A stretch of DNA of 64,000 nt from an uncultured Bacteroidales bacterium (GTDB taxonomy: Bacteria > Bacteroidota > Bacteroidia > Bacteroidales > VadinHA17): positions 1,960,564 through 2,024,563 of the forward strand of contig OW818650.1 in the NCBI GenBank assembly GCA_942492865.1, given 5' to 3'. Below, in pieces: positions 47,545-55,997 of this stretch (position 1 is the stretch's first letter; each line of letters opens with the position of its first letter). The notes under the pieces are model-generated. The model was given only the letters and a program-made list of their open reading frames with translations. It did not search any database and was not told where the DNA came from. The position numbers and the translations under genes are program-made.

Positions 47545-48666
47545 ATGAACAGAAAGAAAAAAATACTCATTATTTCCAACGGATTTTATCCTGAAATTTC
47601 ACCAAGAAGTTTCAGGGCAACAGAGCTTGCTAAAGAATTTTGCAGACAGGGTCATACGGTATCAGTGATCACAAAATTCCGCGATCATGATTATTCCGGT
47701 TTTCTGAAAGATTTTCATTTTACGATCAAAATGTGGAATATAACATTTCCGGTTGTACCCGATTTAAAGGTTAAGCCATTTTCTGTAGTAACTAAGGCTT
47801 TATCCAGAATAATGATGGTCTTATTTGAATATCCGGCTATTGAAGATATGTTCCGAGTAAAGAAGTTACTCAAAAATGAAACGGGCTATGACATGATGAT
47901 TTCACTTGCAGTTCCGTTCCCGGTTCATTGGGGTGTCGCCTGGGCCAGATCAGCAAAGAACAATATTGCCGGCACCTGGATCGCTGATTGCGGTGACCCA
48001 TATATGTTTGCGCGTTTGGATAGATTCAGGAAGCCATTCTATTTCAAATATTTTGAAAAATTTTTCTGCCGTAAATGTAACTTCATTACAATTCCTTTCA
48101 GGGAAATGCAATCTCAGTTTTACCCAGAGTTTCTTTCAAAAATCAAGGTGATACCGCAGGGATTTAATTTTGACGAAATCAGGTTATATAACGGTCCATG
48201 GGATAGTCAGAAACCTGTTTTTGTTTTTGCAGGTTCTGTAATTCCGGGGAAAAGGGACTTGTCATTATTTCTTGAATTTTTATCAGGTTGTACAATGGAC
48301 TTCCATTTTATTGTTTATACAAATAAAATGGACTGGTTCAGCAAATTTAAGACTTTGCTGGGAGATAAGCTGGAAGTAAGGGGATATATTGAAAGATTAG
48401 CTTTATTGTACGAAATGAGCAAAGCAGATTTCCTGGTAAATGTTGATACCGTTTTCGATTCACTTTCCAATACTGAGGCGGTGCCGAGCAAACTTATTGA
48501 TTATGCCCTAACAGGACGGCCTATCCTTAATATAAGTTCTGCATACCTTAATGAAGAACTTGTAATTGAGTTTCTTAACAGGAATTATCAGGGGAGAAGA
48601 GTGATTGAAAAATCGAGATATGATATCAGGCAGGTCTCTGCTGAATTTCTTGAATTCATAAAATGA
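47545..48666 (+). CDS. GT-B fold glycosyltransferase (divergent)
   Basis: N-terminal KKILIISNGFYPEISPRSFRATELAKEFCRQGHTVSVIT is typical of GT4-like N-domains. The C-terminal half is divergent. Confidence 0.5.
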   Translation: MNRKKKILIISNGFYPEISPRSFRATELAKEFCRQGHTVSVITKFRDHDYSGFLKDFHFTIKMWNITFPVVPDLKVKPFSVVTKALSRIMMVLFEYPAIEDMFRVKKLLKNETGYDMMISLAVPFPVHWGVAWARSAKNNIAGTWIADCGDPYMFARLDRFRKPFYFKYFEKFFCRKCNFITIPFREMQSQFYPEFLSKIKVIPQGFNFDEIRLYNGPWDSQKPVFVFAGSVIPGKRDLSLFLEFLSGCTMDFHFIVYTNKMDWFSKFKTLLGDKLEVRGYIERLALLYEMSKADFLVNVDTVFDSLSNTEAVPSKLIDYALTGRPILNISSAYLNEELVIEFLNRNYQGRRVIEKSRYDIRQVSAEFLEFIK

Positions 48667-48700
48667 ATTGTTCGTACCCGGAAATAGGTTCAAAGAGCAG

Positions 48701-49963
48701 ATGAATAACACTCCGGCATATTTACTACCTGTCCCAAAGCTGAATAGCGGGAACTATCTTATTTTATTCATTTTATGGCCATTTCTGAGTTTCATGCTGG
48801 CAGTTATCAATTTCAGCCAGAAAGAAGCAAGAAAGGTAATCTATATATTTTTCATTTATTATGGACTTACATTTGTAATAAGTGAACTGGGAGGATATGG
48901 ACCTGATGCCGAACGTCAGGCTTTACGGCTTATTACTGCTGCCAGGCAGCCATTTTCAGAATTTTTTAAAATAGTCGGTGACCTTTATGTAGCCGAAGAT
49001 TCGGTTGACCTCATACAGCCACTCTTGATTTTCTTTGTATCACGGTTTACTAATGATTACGGTTTTCTGTTTGCTATTTATGCAGCTTTCTTCGGATTCT
49101 TCTACCTTAAAAGCATTAAGCTGGTCTACAGGCACTTTTATGAAAATCCGGGGTATAACTCACTTATTCATTTGATCTTCTTTGTGCTGATTATTCCAAT
49201 TACATTCATTAATGGTTTCAGGATGTGGACAGCAGCATGGATTTTCTTCTTTGGGGCATATAATGTTGTATTAAATCGTGATCCGCGGTATCTCCTTATT
49301 GCTTTATGTTCTTCATTTGTTCATTTTAGTTTTTTTAGTGCCAGTGCAGTGCTCGCTATCTATTACTTTGCCGGTAACCGGAACATAATTTATTTCCCGC
49401 TGGCGGCAGTCTCCTTTGTCCTTCCGCAATTGCTGGCTCCATTATTTCAATCTCTGTCACTCAGATTGGGCGGAGGAATTCAAAACAGGTATGAAGGATA
49501 TGCCGGCGAGAATTATATTTTGCACAGGCAGGATGAACTGGCTCAGGGTGCCTGGTTCCTCAGGATGAGCAATGATCTTGTCTTGTATTACCTGCTCTTT
49601 GCAATTTTTATAATCCAGCTTAATTCAAAAACCCGCGAAAAAACCCAGGAAGAAAAAAATCTGTACAGCTTTACCCTTCTTTTTCTTTCATTTGTGAATT
49701 TTGGTTCAATAATCCCATCCTTCGGAGGAAGGTTTATGCTGGTGTTCTTTTTGTTTGCCACATTGTATATTATTTACTATTTCATGAAAATTTCCGGAAC
49801 CCGGATTAACTGGCTAACAATTATTGGATTATTCCCTATGCTTCTTTACATTATTGTAAATTTAAGGATAGGATTTCCATCTGTTAATGCCTGGATCTTT
49901 GTTCCCGGATTGGGATTGCCATTATTTATGCCCGACCTCTCCTTATTTGAAGTTTTATTTTGA
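48701..49963 (+). CDS. EpsG/Wzy-like polysaccharide polymerase membrane protein
   Basis: About 11 TM helices, aromatic-rich with no soluble domains, in the expected polymerase position beside the GTs. ATG 48701 is preferred to TTG 48668. Confidence 0.55.
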   Translation: MNNTPAYLLPVPKLNSGNYLILFILWPFLSFMLAVINFSQKEARKVIYIFFIYYGLTFVISELGGYGPDAERQALRLITAARQPFSEFFKIVGDLYVAEDSVDLIQPLLIFFVSRFTNDYGFLFAIYAAFFGFFYLKSIKLVYRHFYENPGYNSLIHLIFFVLIIPITFINGFRMWTAAWIFFFGAYNVVLNRDPRYLLIALCSSFVHFSFFSASAVLAIYYFAGNRNIIYFPLAAVSFVLPQLLAPLFQSLSLRLGGGIQNRYEGYAGENYILHRQDELAQGAWFLRMSNDLVLYYLLFAIFIIQLNSKTREKTQEEKNLYSFTLLFLSFVNFGSIIPSFGGRFMLVFFLFATLYIIYYFMKISGTRINWLTIIGLFPMLLYIIVNLRIGFPSVNAWIFVPGLGLPLFMPDLSLFEVLF

Positions 49964-51099
49964 TGAAGAACAAACCAGGTTATGCTCATCTGCGGGCACT
50001 TGTCTCACAGAATCTGATTAATATTAGAGGATGGAGAACTCCTGACAAGTTCATTGTTATCGAAAGTGACGACTGGGGAAGTATCAGGATGCCATCAAAT
50101 GAGGTTTATTCAAAATTCCTGAAAAAAGGACTGGAACTTACAGGAAGCGACTATAACAGACTTGATTCCCTCGAAAGCAATGATGATCTGATAAACCTGT
50201 ATGAAGTCCTTCACTCGTTCAGGGATTCGCACGGCAATCCCCCTGTGGTTACCGCAAATATGGTTGTAGGTAATCCTGATTTTAAAAAGATAAGGGAGTC
50301 AGATTTCAATGACTATTATTATGAACCGGTTACAGAAACGCTCAGAAGATATGATGGCCGTGAAAAGGTTGAATCTCTCTGGTTGCAGGGAAAGACTGAA
50401 AAGGTCTTCCATCCACAATTTCATGGCCGTGAACACGTCAATGTTGTCAGGTGGATGAGTGCTCTCAGGAAGAAAACACCGGGGATAATGTTCGCATTTG
50501 AAAATGAGACAACATTCTCGGGTGAGGGGGATTATAATTTCATGGAGGTTCTTGATTATAATAGCAGGGCTGACCTTGTAAAAATGAAGGAAAGTCTTGT
50601 TGAAGGACTGAACAATTTTGAAAAAATATTTGGTTTCAGGTCGCAGTCATTCATTCCGCCATGCTATACCTGGGATAGCAATATTGAGGAAACACTTTAT
50701 ATAAACGGGGTAAATTATATCCAGGGACTGGTAATTCAATCAGTACCCACCGGTTCATTCGGGAAGTACACAAAGAAAATTCATTATATGGGAAAGCGGA
50801 ACTCCTGCGGACAGTATTATCTCATCAGGAACTGCTTTTTCGAACCCTCTCTTTCCAAAAAAACTGATCCGGTTGGAGACTGCCTTAACCGTATAAATGT
50901 CGCTTTCAGATGGCATAAACCGGCAATAATTGGCAGTCATCGTATAAACTTTATAGGATCACTAGATGAAAGTAACAGGGATAACAATTTAAGATTACTG
51001 AAAGAGCTTCTTTCCCGGATATTGAAAGAATGGCCCGAAGTCATCTTCATTACTTCAGATCAGCTTGGTGAAATGATGGCGGGGGAGCGGAGAGCGTAA
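49963..51099 (+). CDS. Uncharacterised protein, paralogue of 62693..63802 (possible divergent NodB-like deacetylase)
   Basis: Shares IESDDWGSIRMPS, NPDFKKIR, FHGREH, RNCFFEP and AFRWHKPAIIGSHRINF with the second copy. The stop codon TAA (51097-51099) lies inside the first GCGTAAA heptamer of the downstream element. Confidence 0.6.
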   Translation: MKNKPGYAHLRALVSQNLINIRGWRTPDKFIVIESDDWGSIRMPSNEVYSKFLKKGLELTGSDYNRLDSLESNDDLINLYEVLHSFRDSHGNPPVVTANMVVGNPDFKKIRESDFNDYYYEPVTETLRRYDGREKVESLWLQGKTEKVFHPQFHGREHVNVVRWMSALRKKTPGIMFAFENETTFSGEGDYNFMEVLDYNSRADLVKMKESLVEGLNNFEKIFGFRSQSFIPPCYTWDSNIEETLYINGVNYIQGLVIQSVPTGSFGKYTKKIHYMGKRNSCGQYYLIRNCFFEPSLSKKTDPVGDCLNRINVAFRWHKPAIIGSHRINFIGSLDESNRDNNLRLLKELLSRILKEWPEVIFITSDQLGEMMAGERRA

Positions 51100-51628
51100 A
51101 GCGGAGAGCGTAAAGCGTAAAGCGTAAAGCGTAAAGAGGAAAGAGGAAAGAGAGTACCCATTATTATAAAGGACAGTGAGTAAGATTGAGAGTCATAAAG
51201 ATTTAATTGTTTATCAAAAGGCGTACAAGCTGGCAATGGAGATTTTTGAAATATCCAAAAGTTTTCCGAAAGAGGAAAAATATTCACTGACAGACCAAAT
51301 TAGAAGATCATCGAGATCTGTGACTTCATGCCTGGCTGAATCATGGGCAAAGAGAAGGTATGAAAAAGCATTTGCTAACAAACTTACAGACTCACTGGGT
51401 GAAGAAAATGAAACAGAAGTCTGGCTTGATTATTCAAAAGACTGCAAATATATTACTGATGCGGAACATGTCAACTTTATGAATGAATATTTAGAGGTCC
51501 GTAAAATACTTATATCTATGATCAATAACCTGGATAAGTGGTGCAATAATTAATTTCTCCATTCTCTCCTCTTTTTTCTTTCTTTACGCTATACGCTAAA
51601 CGCTCTACGCTCACCTCTCATCGCTTCA
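51087..51628 (+). mobile_element. IVS-like cassette: four-helix-bundle gene bracketed by heptamer-built imperfect inverted repeats
   Basis: Left arm 51087-51154: GCGGAGA GCGTAAA GCGGAGA (GCGTAAA)x4 (GAGGAAA)x2 GAGAG. Right arm 51556-51628: CTCTCCTCTTTTTTCTTTCTTTACGCTATACGCTAAACGCTCTACGCTC followed by ACCTCTCATCGCT. The arms are about 75-80 percent reverse-complementary over ~45 nt. Confidence 0.4.
51176..51553 (+). CDS. Four-helix-bundle protein (23S rRNA intervening-sequence protein family, PF05635-like)
   Basis: HKDLIVYQKAYKLAMEIFEISKSFPKEEKYSLTDQIRRSSRSVTSCLAESWAKRRY...EVWLDYSKDCKYI is the family hallmark. GTG start as listed. Confidence 0.85.
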   Translation: MSKIESHKDLIVYQKAYKLAMEIFEISKSFPKEEKYSLTDQIRRSSRSVTSCLAESWAKRRYEKAFANKLTDSLGEENETEVWLDYSKDCKYITDAEHVNFMNEYLEVRKILISMINNLDKWCNN

Positions 51629-51631
51629 TAA

Positions 51632-52783
51632 ATGCAATCTGAAAAAATAAACACAGATCCCATAAAGATCCTCCTAACCGGAGACTTCTGTCCCCACAAC
51701 CGGATTGAGAAACTGGCTCTTAAAGAAGACTTCGGAGCAATCTTCAATGATTTCATTGATGTGTTTCAGGGGAATGATCTGAATATTACTGACCTGGAGT
51801 GCCCTTTGACAACATCGGAAACAGCAAGACCAAAAACGGGTCCCCATCAGAAGGCTCATCCCGATTGTATTAATATCCTGAAATATGCAGGGATTAACCT
51901 TGCTGCGATGGCAAATAATCATATCATGGATTATGATAACAATGGTATTCAGGATACAATTGATCTTTGCAAAAGAGCAGAAATTAATACGGTTGGTGTG
52001 GGGCAATCTCTGGAAGCTGCTTCAAAACCTTTTTCAGCAAATATAAAGGGGAAAAGATTTGCAATACTGAATTATGCTGATAACGAGTTCCTGTCAACTC
52101 CGGACGGATCATTTACATGTAATCCATTGGATCAGGTCCGCTTGTTTTATGATATCAAAAATGCCAGGCAAACCAATGATTTTCTGATAATAATCGTTCA
52201 TGCCGGGAATGAGTTTTTTGAATTGCCATCACCCCGGACAAAGAGGTTATACAGGTATATTGCTGATCTCGGTGCTGATGTGGTAATTGCCCATCACACA
52301 CATGCCTGGTCGGGATATGAAATATATGATTCAAAACCAATCTTCTACGGATTGGGAAACTTTATCTATGACTGGCCCGGAAAATTGAATTCAAGGTGGA
52401 ACCAGGGTTATGTTGTGAGGCTTAAAGTATCTGATAGAACTGACTTCGAAATTATCCCAATTAAACAATGCAATGAGATTCCGGGAGTTTTTCATCTCAA
52501 TTCAGAGGAGATTGGGGGCTTTTTAAATGAGATGGATCGTCTCAATAAAATAATTGCCGATGACGATCATCTGGAAACTGAATTTCAGAAATACTGTAAG
52601 TCAGTCCAGCCAATGTATGAAGCATTCATTGAACCAAATTTTGGCAAAAAAATTGCATCACTAAGAAAAAGAGGATTATTTCCTAAACTAATGTCCAAAA
52701 GAAAACGCCTTCTTCTGTTAAATATCACACGCTGTGAATCTCATCGTGATGTTCTTCAAAGAATGCTTAAACAATATGAATAA
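51632..52783 (+). CDS. CapA-family (PGA_cap) metallophosphatase-fold protein
   Basis: ILLTGDFCP...ECPLT...NLAAMANNHIMDYDNNGIQDTIDLC...GVG and VHAGNEF...VIAHHTHAWSGYE match the CapA/PGA_cap pattern. Confidence 0.75.
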   Translation: MQSEKINTDPIKILLTGDFCPHNRIEKLALKEDFGAIFNDFIDVFQGNDLNITDLECPLTTSETARPKTGPHQKAHPDCINILKYAGINLAAMANNHIMDYDNNGIQDTIDLCKRAEINTVGVGQSLEAASKPFSANIKGKRFAILNYADNEFLSTPDGSFTCNPLDQVRLFYDIKNARQTNDFLIIIVHAGNEFFELPSPRTKRLYRYIADLGADVVIAHHTHAWSGYEIYDSKPIFYGLGNFIYDWPGKLNSRWNQGYVVRLKVSDRTDFEIIPIKQCNEIPGVFHLNSEEIGGFLNEMDRLNKIIADDDHLETEFQKYCKSVQPMYEAFIEPNFGKKIASLRKRGLFPKLMSKRKRLLLLNITRCESHRDVLQRMLKQYE

Positions 52784-52784
52784 A

Positions 52785-52927
52785 GCGTAGAGCGTAAAGC
52801 GTAAAGCGTAAAGCGTAAAACGTAAAGCGTAAAGCGTAATGGAAAGAGAATAGAGAAGGTGTATTTGTCTCTACGCTCTACGCTCTACGCTCATCACTCA
52901 CCTCTCATCACTCATCGCTACCCTCTC
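52785..52927 (+). repeat. Cargo-less heptamer hairpin element between capA-like and asnB
   Basis: The left arm runs in strict register from 52785: GCGTAGA (GCGTAAA)x4 ACGTAAA GCGTAAA GCGTAAT GGAAAGA GAATAGA. After a spacer come (CTCTACG)x3 (52869-52889), then TCATCAC TCACCTC TCATCAC TCATCGC up to the asnB ATG. Confidence 0.9.
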
Positions 52928-52929
52928 AT

Positions 52930-54864
52930 ATGTGTGGAATAACCGGATATCTTAATTTAAATCAGCAACCTGTTGATAATTCAGGGCCCATCCTGAAGAT
53001 GCTGAATGTTCAGAAGCACCGGGGACCGGATGATTCAGGGATCAGGGCTTTTAGTCTTACTAAAGGTCAGTCAATTGAAGTTGAGACAGGCGGTCTCCGG
53101 AAAATAGATGGATATTTTGAAGGTATTCTGGGTTTTAACAGGCTCAGCATACTGGACCTCTCGGCTAACGGGCACCAGCCTATGGAGAGTCCCGATAAAA
53201 GAGTACTACTGGTCCTGAATGGTGAAATATACAATGCATTCGATTTTAAAAATGAGCTTAAAGAATGGGGATATTCCTTTAAAAGCACTTCCGATACGGA
53301 GATCGTACTTGCACTTTATCTCAGATATGGGTTTGACGGATTGCTTGAGCGTCTTAACGGAATGTTTGCAATTGTAATAGCAGATCTCGGCCGGAATGAG
53401 CTCTTTATTACGCGCGACAGATTTGGCATTAAACCCATGTACTATATCTCAACAGGGACAAGGCTGGCATTCTCCTCTGAAATTAAAAGCTTTAAGTATC
53501 TTGAAAATTTTACTTTCCGTCTCGATGAAGACCAGCTCGATGAATTTCTTCTCTTCCGGAATAACCTTTCAGATACATTGTACCGCGATGTTCTCTCTCT
53601 TACCCCCGGGTATTATTTAAATTACAGTCCTAAGAACGGCCTGTTGAAGAAAAGGTACTTTAATATTAACGATTACATGCGGTCAGGTGAAGCCACAGGC
53701 GACATTGAATCCTTCACGGTCACGCTTGAAAAAACGCTGGCTCAAAGTGTTAAAAGTCAGCTAATGAGCGATGTAAAGCTGGGATGCCAGCTTTCAGGTG
53801 GAATAGACTCGTCTTTGGTTACATGGCTCGCTAACCGTAATAATGGTGGAAATAACTTTGAGGCCGTTTCTATAATTTTCAATGATAAACGATTCAGTGA
53901 AGAGAGATATATCGATATTGTTACTGACAAACTTGAAATTCCTTCACATAAGTTTCTGCTGGATCCGGGTTATTATTTTGAAAATTTTGAACGTGCTACC
54001 TGGCATTTTGAGGCGCCTCTTAATCATCCTAATACAATTGCCATATATAAATTGTCGCAGCGGGCAAAGGAATATGTGACTGTACTTCTGAGCGGGGAAG
54101 GCGCTGATGAGGTATTTGGTGGCTATGAAAGATTTTATCAGTTAGCCTATCCATTCAGGATGAGGAAGTTGCTCAGTGTAGTCAAAAAATATGCCATACA
54201 CCCTGATGGATTTACTGATTACTTTGACCAGACTTCAAGGGCAATAATGGCCACATCGTTCATGATCCCTTCCCTGGCAGCGAAGCTTAGGGATGGATTC
54301 AGCAAAGAAAGAGCGACATCAGGCCGCAGAACTTTGTACATGTCACTGAGTGGTTCCCTTTTTGATAAGCAGGTAAAATATGAGATAAACTCCTATCTGC
54401 CCGACCTGCTTCTCAGACAGGATAAGATGTCGATGGCACATTCAATAGAGAACCGTGTTCCTTTTCTTGATAATACAGTCGTTGAAACTGCATTCACCAT
54501 TCCTGAAAACCTTCTGCTTCTCAGAAAAAGCGCCGAGGGGTCCAATACAGAAAAGTATCTTCTTAAGAAAATGACTTCAAAGATCTTTGGAAATGACTTC
54601 GCTTTCAGAAATAAAATGGGGTTCGGAATTCCGGTTCGTGAGTTCCTTATGGATAGAAGATTTTCGGTATTTCTTAATGATAAAGTGATCCCTGGGATAA
54701 AAAGACGAGGGATATTTAATTACAAACTGGCCTCGGAATGGTTCTCAAAAATAGGAACCCTGAAGTATTTCGAACTAGATGCATTATGGGTGATGGTTTC
54801 ATTTGAAGTATGGGCTTCATTATACCTTGACAATAATTATGAAAATAGCAATTCACAATACTAA
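52930..54864 (+). CDS. asnB: Asparagine synthase (glutamine-hydrolysing) family amidotransferase
   Basis: N-terminal MCGITGY (Ntn Cys2) and the synthetase-domain PP-loop LSGGIDSS. 644 aa. Confidence 0.9.
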   Translation: MCGITGYLNLNQQPVDNSGPILKMLNVQKHRGPDDSGIRAFSLTKGQSIEVETGGLRKIDGYFEGILGFNRLSILDLSANGHQPMESPDKRVLLVLNGEIYNAFDFKNELKEWGYSFKSTSDTEIVLALYLRYGFDGLLERLNGMFAIVIADLGRNELFITRDRFGIKPMYYISTGTRLAFSSEIKSFKYLENFTFRLDEDQLDEFLLFRNNLSDTLYRDVLSLTPGYYLNYSPKNGLLKKRYFNINDYMRSGEATGDIESFTVTLEKTLAQSVKSQLMSDVKLGCQLSGGIDSSLVTWLANRNNGGNNFEAVSIIFNDKRFSEERYIDIVTDKLEIPSHKFLLDPGYYFENFERATWHFEAPLNHPNTIAIYKLSQRAKEYVTVLLSGEGADEVFGGYERFYQLAYPFRMRKLLSVVKKYAIHPDGFTDYFDQTSRAIMATSFMIPSLAAKLRDGFSKERATSGRRTLYMSLSGSLFDKQVKYEINSYLPDLLLRQDKMSMAHSIENRVPFLDNTVVETAFTIPENLLLLRKSAEGSNTEKYLLKKMTSKIFGNDFAFRNKMGFGIPVREFLMDRRFSVFLNDKVIPGIKRRGIFNYKLASEWFSKIGTLKYFELDALWVMVSFEVWASLYLDNNYENSNSQY

Positions 54865-55861
54865 GGGTTTCTTCTGCGATCGCTGGATCCCATATTGTCA
54901 GGAAAATAATGTTGATTACAGAATTGTGGATTGCTACAGTTCGGATATAATGCAGCAAATATCTGACTGTGATATTCTTATGTGGCATTTCAACCATAAA
55001 AGCCCAAAGGCAAGCAAGTTTGCCAAACAGCTGCTTTACTCAGTAGAAGCTTGCGGTAAAAAGGTATTTCCTGATTTTAATACTGTCTGGCATTTTGATG
55101 ATAAAGTGGGACAAAAGTATCTGCTCGAATCGTTAGGAGCCCCGCTGGCACCTTCTTATGTATTCTACGACAAAAAGGAAGCACTTGAATGGGCTGGAAA
55201 TACATCCTTCCCAAAAGTTTTCAAGTTACGCAATGGGGCCGGGTCTGATAATGTGAAACTGGTCAGATCAAAAAAAGAAACAGTAAGGATTATCAATAAG
55301 GCCTTCGGACGAGGATTCAGACAATATGAGGGATGGATTAATCTGAAGGAGAGATACAGGAAGTACAGGCTTGGAAAAACCACCTCATGGAATGTGATGA
55401 AGGGAGTTTTGAGGCTTTTCCATAAAACAGAATATGCAAGGGTTACAGGCAAAGAAATCGGATATGCCTATTTTCAGGACTTTATTCCGGACAACGATCA
55501 TGATATCCGGGTTATAGTAATCGGCAACAAGGCATTTGCAATAAAAAGAATGGTACGTGATAATGATTTCAGGGCTTCAGGAAGCGGAATGATACTTTAC
55601 GATAAGGAGCTTTTTGATGACGATACTATCCGTTTATCATTTGAGATCTCTGAAAAGCTTGGATCTCAGAGCATGGCGTATGATTTTGTTTTTCTGAACG
55701 GCAAACCCCTGATCGTTGAGATAAGCTATGGATTTGCAATGCATGGTTATGATCCATGCCCCGGTTACTGGGACCGTAATCTGGTGTGGCATGCCGGTAA
55801 ATTCAATCCTTATGGATGGATGGTTGAGGACATTTTAAGAAGCGTTGAGAAGAAAGCGTAA
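54839..55861 (+). CDS. ATP-grasp domain protein
   Basis: FPKVFKLRNGAGSDNVKLVRSKKE and YFQDFIPDNDHDIRVIVIGNKAFAIKRMVRDNDFRASGSG fit an ATP-grasp fold. ATG 54839 (MKIAIHN) is preferred to 54803. The stop TAA (55859-55861) lies inside the first GCGTAAA heptamer. Confidence 0.6.
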   Translation: MKIAIHNTKGFFCDRWIPYCQENNVDYRIVDCYSSDIMQQISDCDILMWHFNHKSPKASKFAKQLLYSVEACGKKVFPDFNTVWHFDDKVGQKYLLESLGAPLAPSYVFYDKKEALEWAGNTSFPKVFKLRNGAGSDNVKLVRSKKETVRIINKAFGRGFRQYEGWINLKERYRKYRLGKTTSWNVMKGVLRLFHKTEYARVTGKEIGYAYFQDFIPDNDHDIRVIVIGNKAFAIKRMVRDNDFRASGSGMILYDKELFDDDTIRLSFEISEKLGSQSMAYDFVFLNGKPLIVEISYGFAMHGYDPCPGYWDRNLVWHAGKFNPYGWMVEDILRSVEKKA

Positions 55862-55977
55862 AGCGTAGAGCGTAGAGCGGAAAGAATAAGCGTAGAGCGT
55901 AGAGCGTAAAGCGTAGAGAGTAGAGAGTAATTTTTCTGAGCCCTGAGCTCTGAGCCCTGAGCCCTGAGCCCTGAGCC
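55856..55977 (+). repeat. Heptamer-tract composite element (GCGTARA tract followed by CTGAGCY tract)
   Basis: GCGTAAA GCGTAGA GCGTAGA GCGGAAA GAATAA GCGTAGA GCGTAGA GCGTAAA GCGTAGA GAGTAGA GAGTAAT, a TTTT spacer, then CTGAGCC CTGAGCT (CTGAGCC)x4. Confidence 0.9.
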
Positions 55978-55997
55978 AAAGTGAATATATAAACAAG

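Noticed and set aside
51060-51287. Antisense ORFs over heptamer tracts (51060..51287 minus and 55810..56184 minus, peptides with LYALRS / LRAQGSELRAQ repeats)
   Set aside because: The low-complexity peptides are generated by stop-free reading of 7-nt repeats. They overlap well-supported plus-strand genes.
51176-51553. Diversity-generating retroelement, since the four-helix-bundle family includes the DGR accessory protein Avd and a hypervariable-looking adhesin lies 20 kb away
   Set aside because: No reverse transcriptase ORF and no template/variable repeat pair appear anywhere in the 64 kb. Differences among the adhesin repeats are cassette-like rather than adenine-specific.
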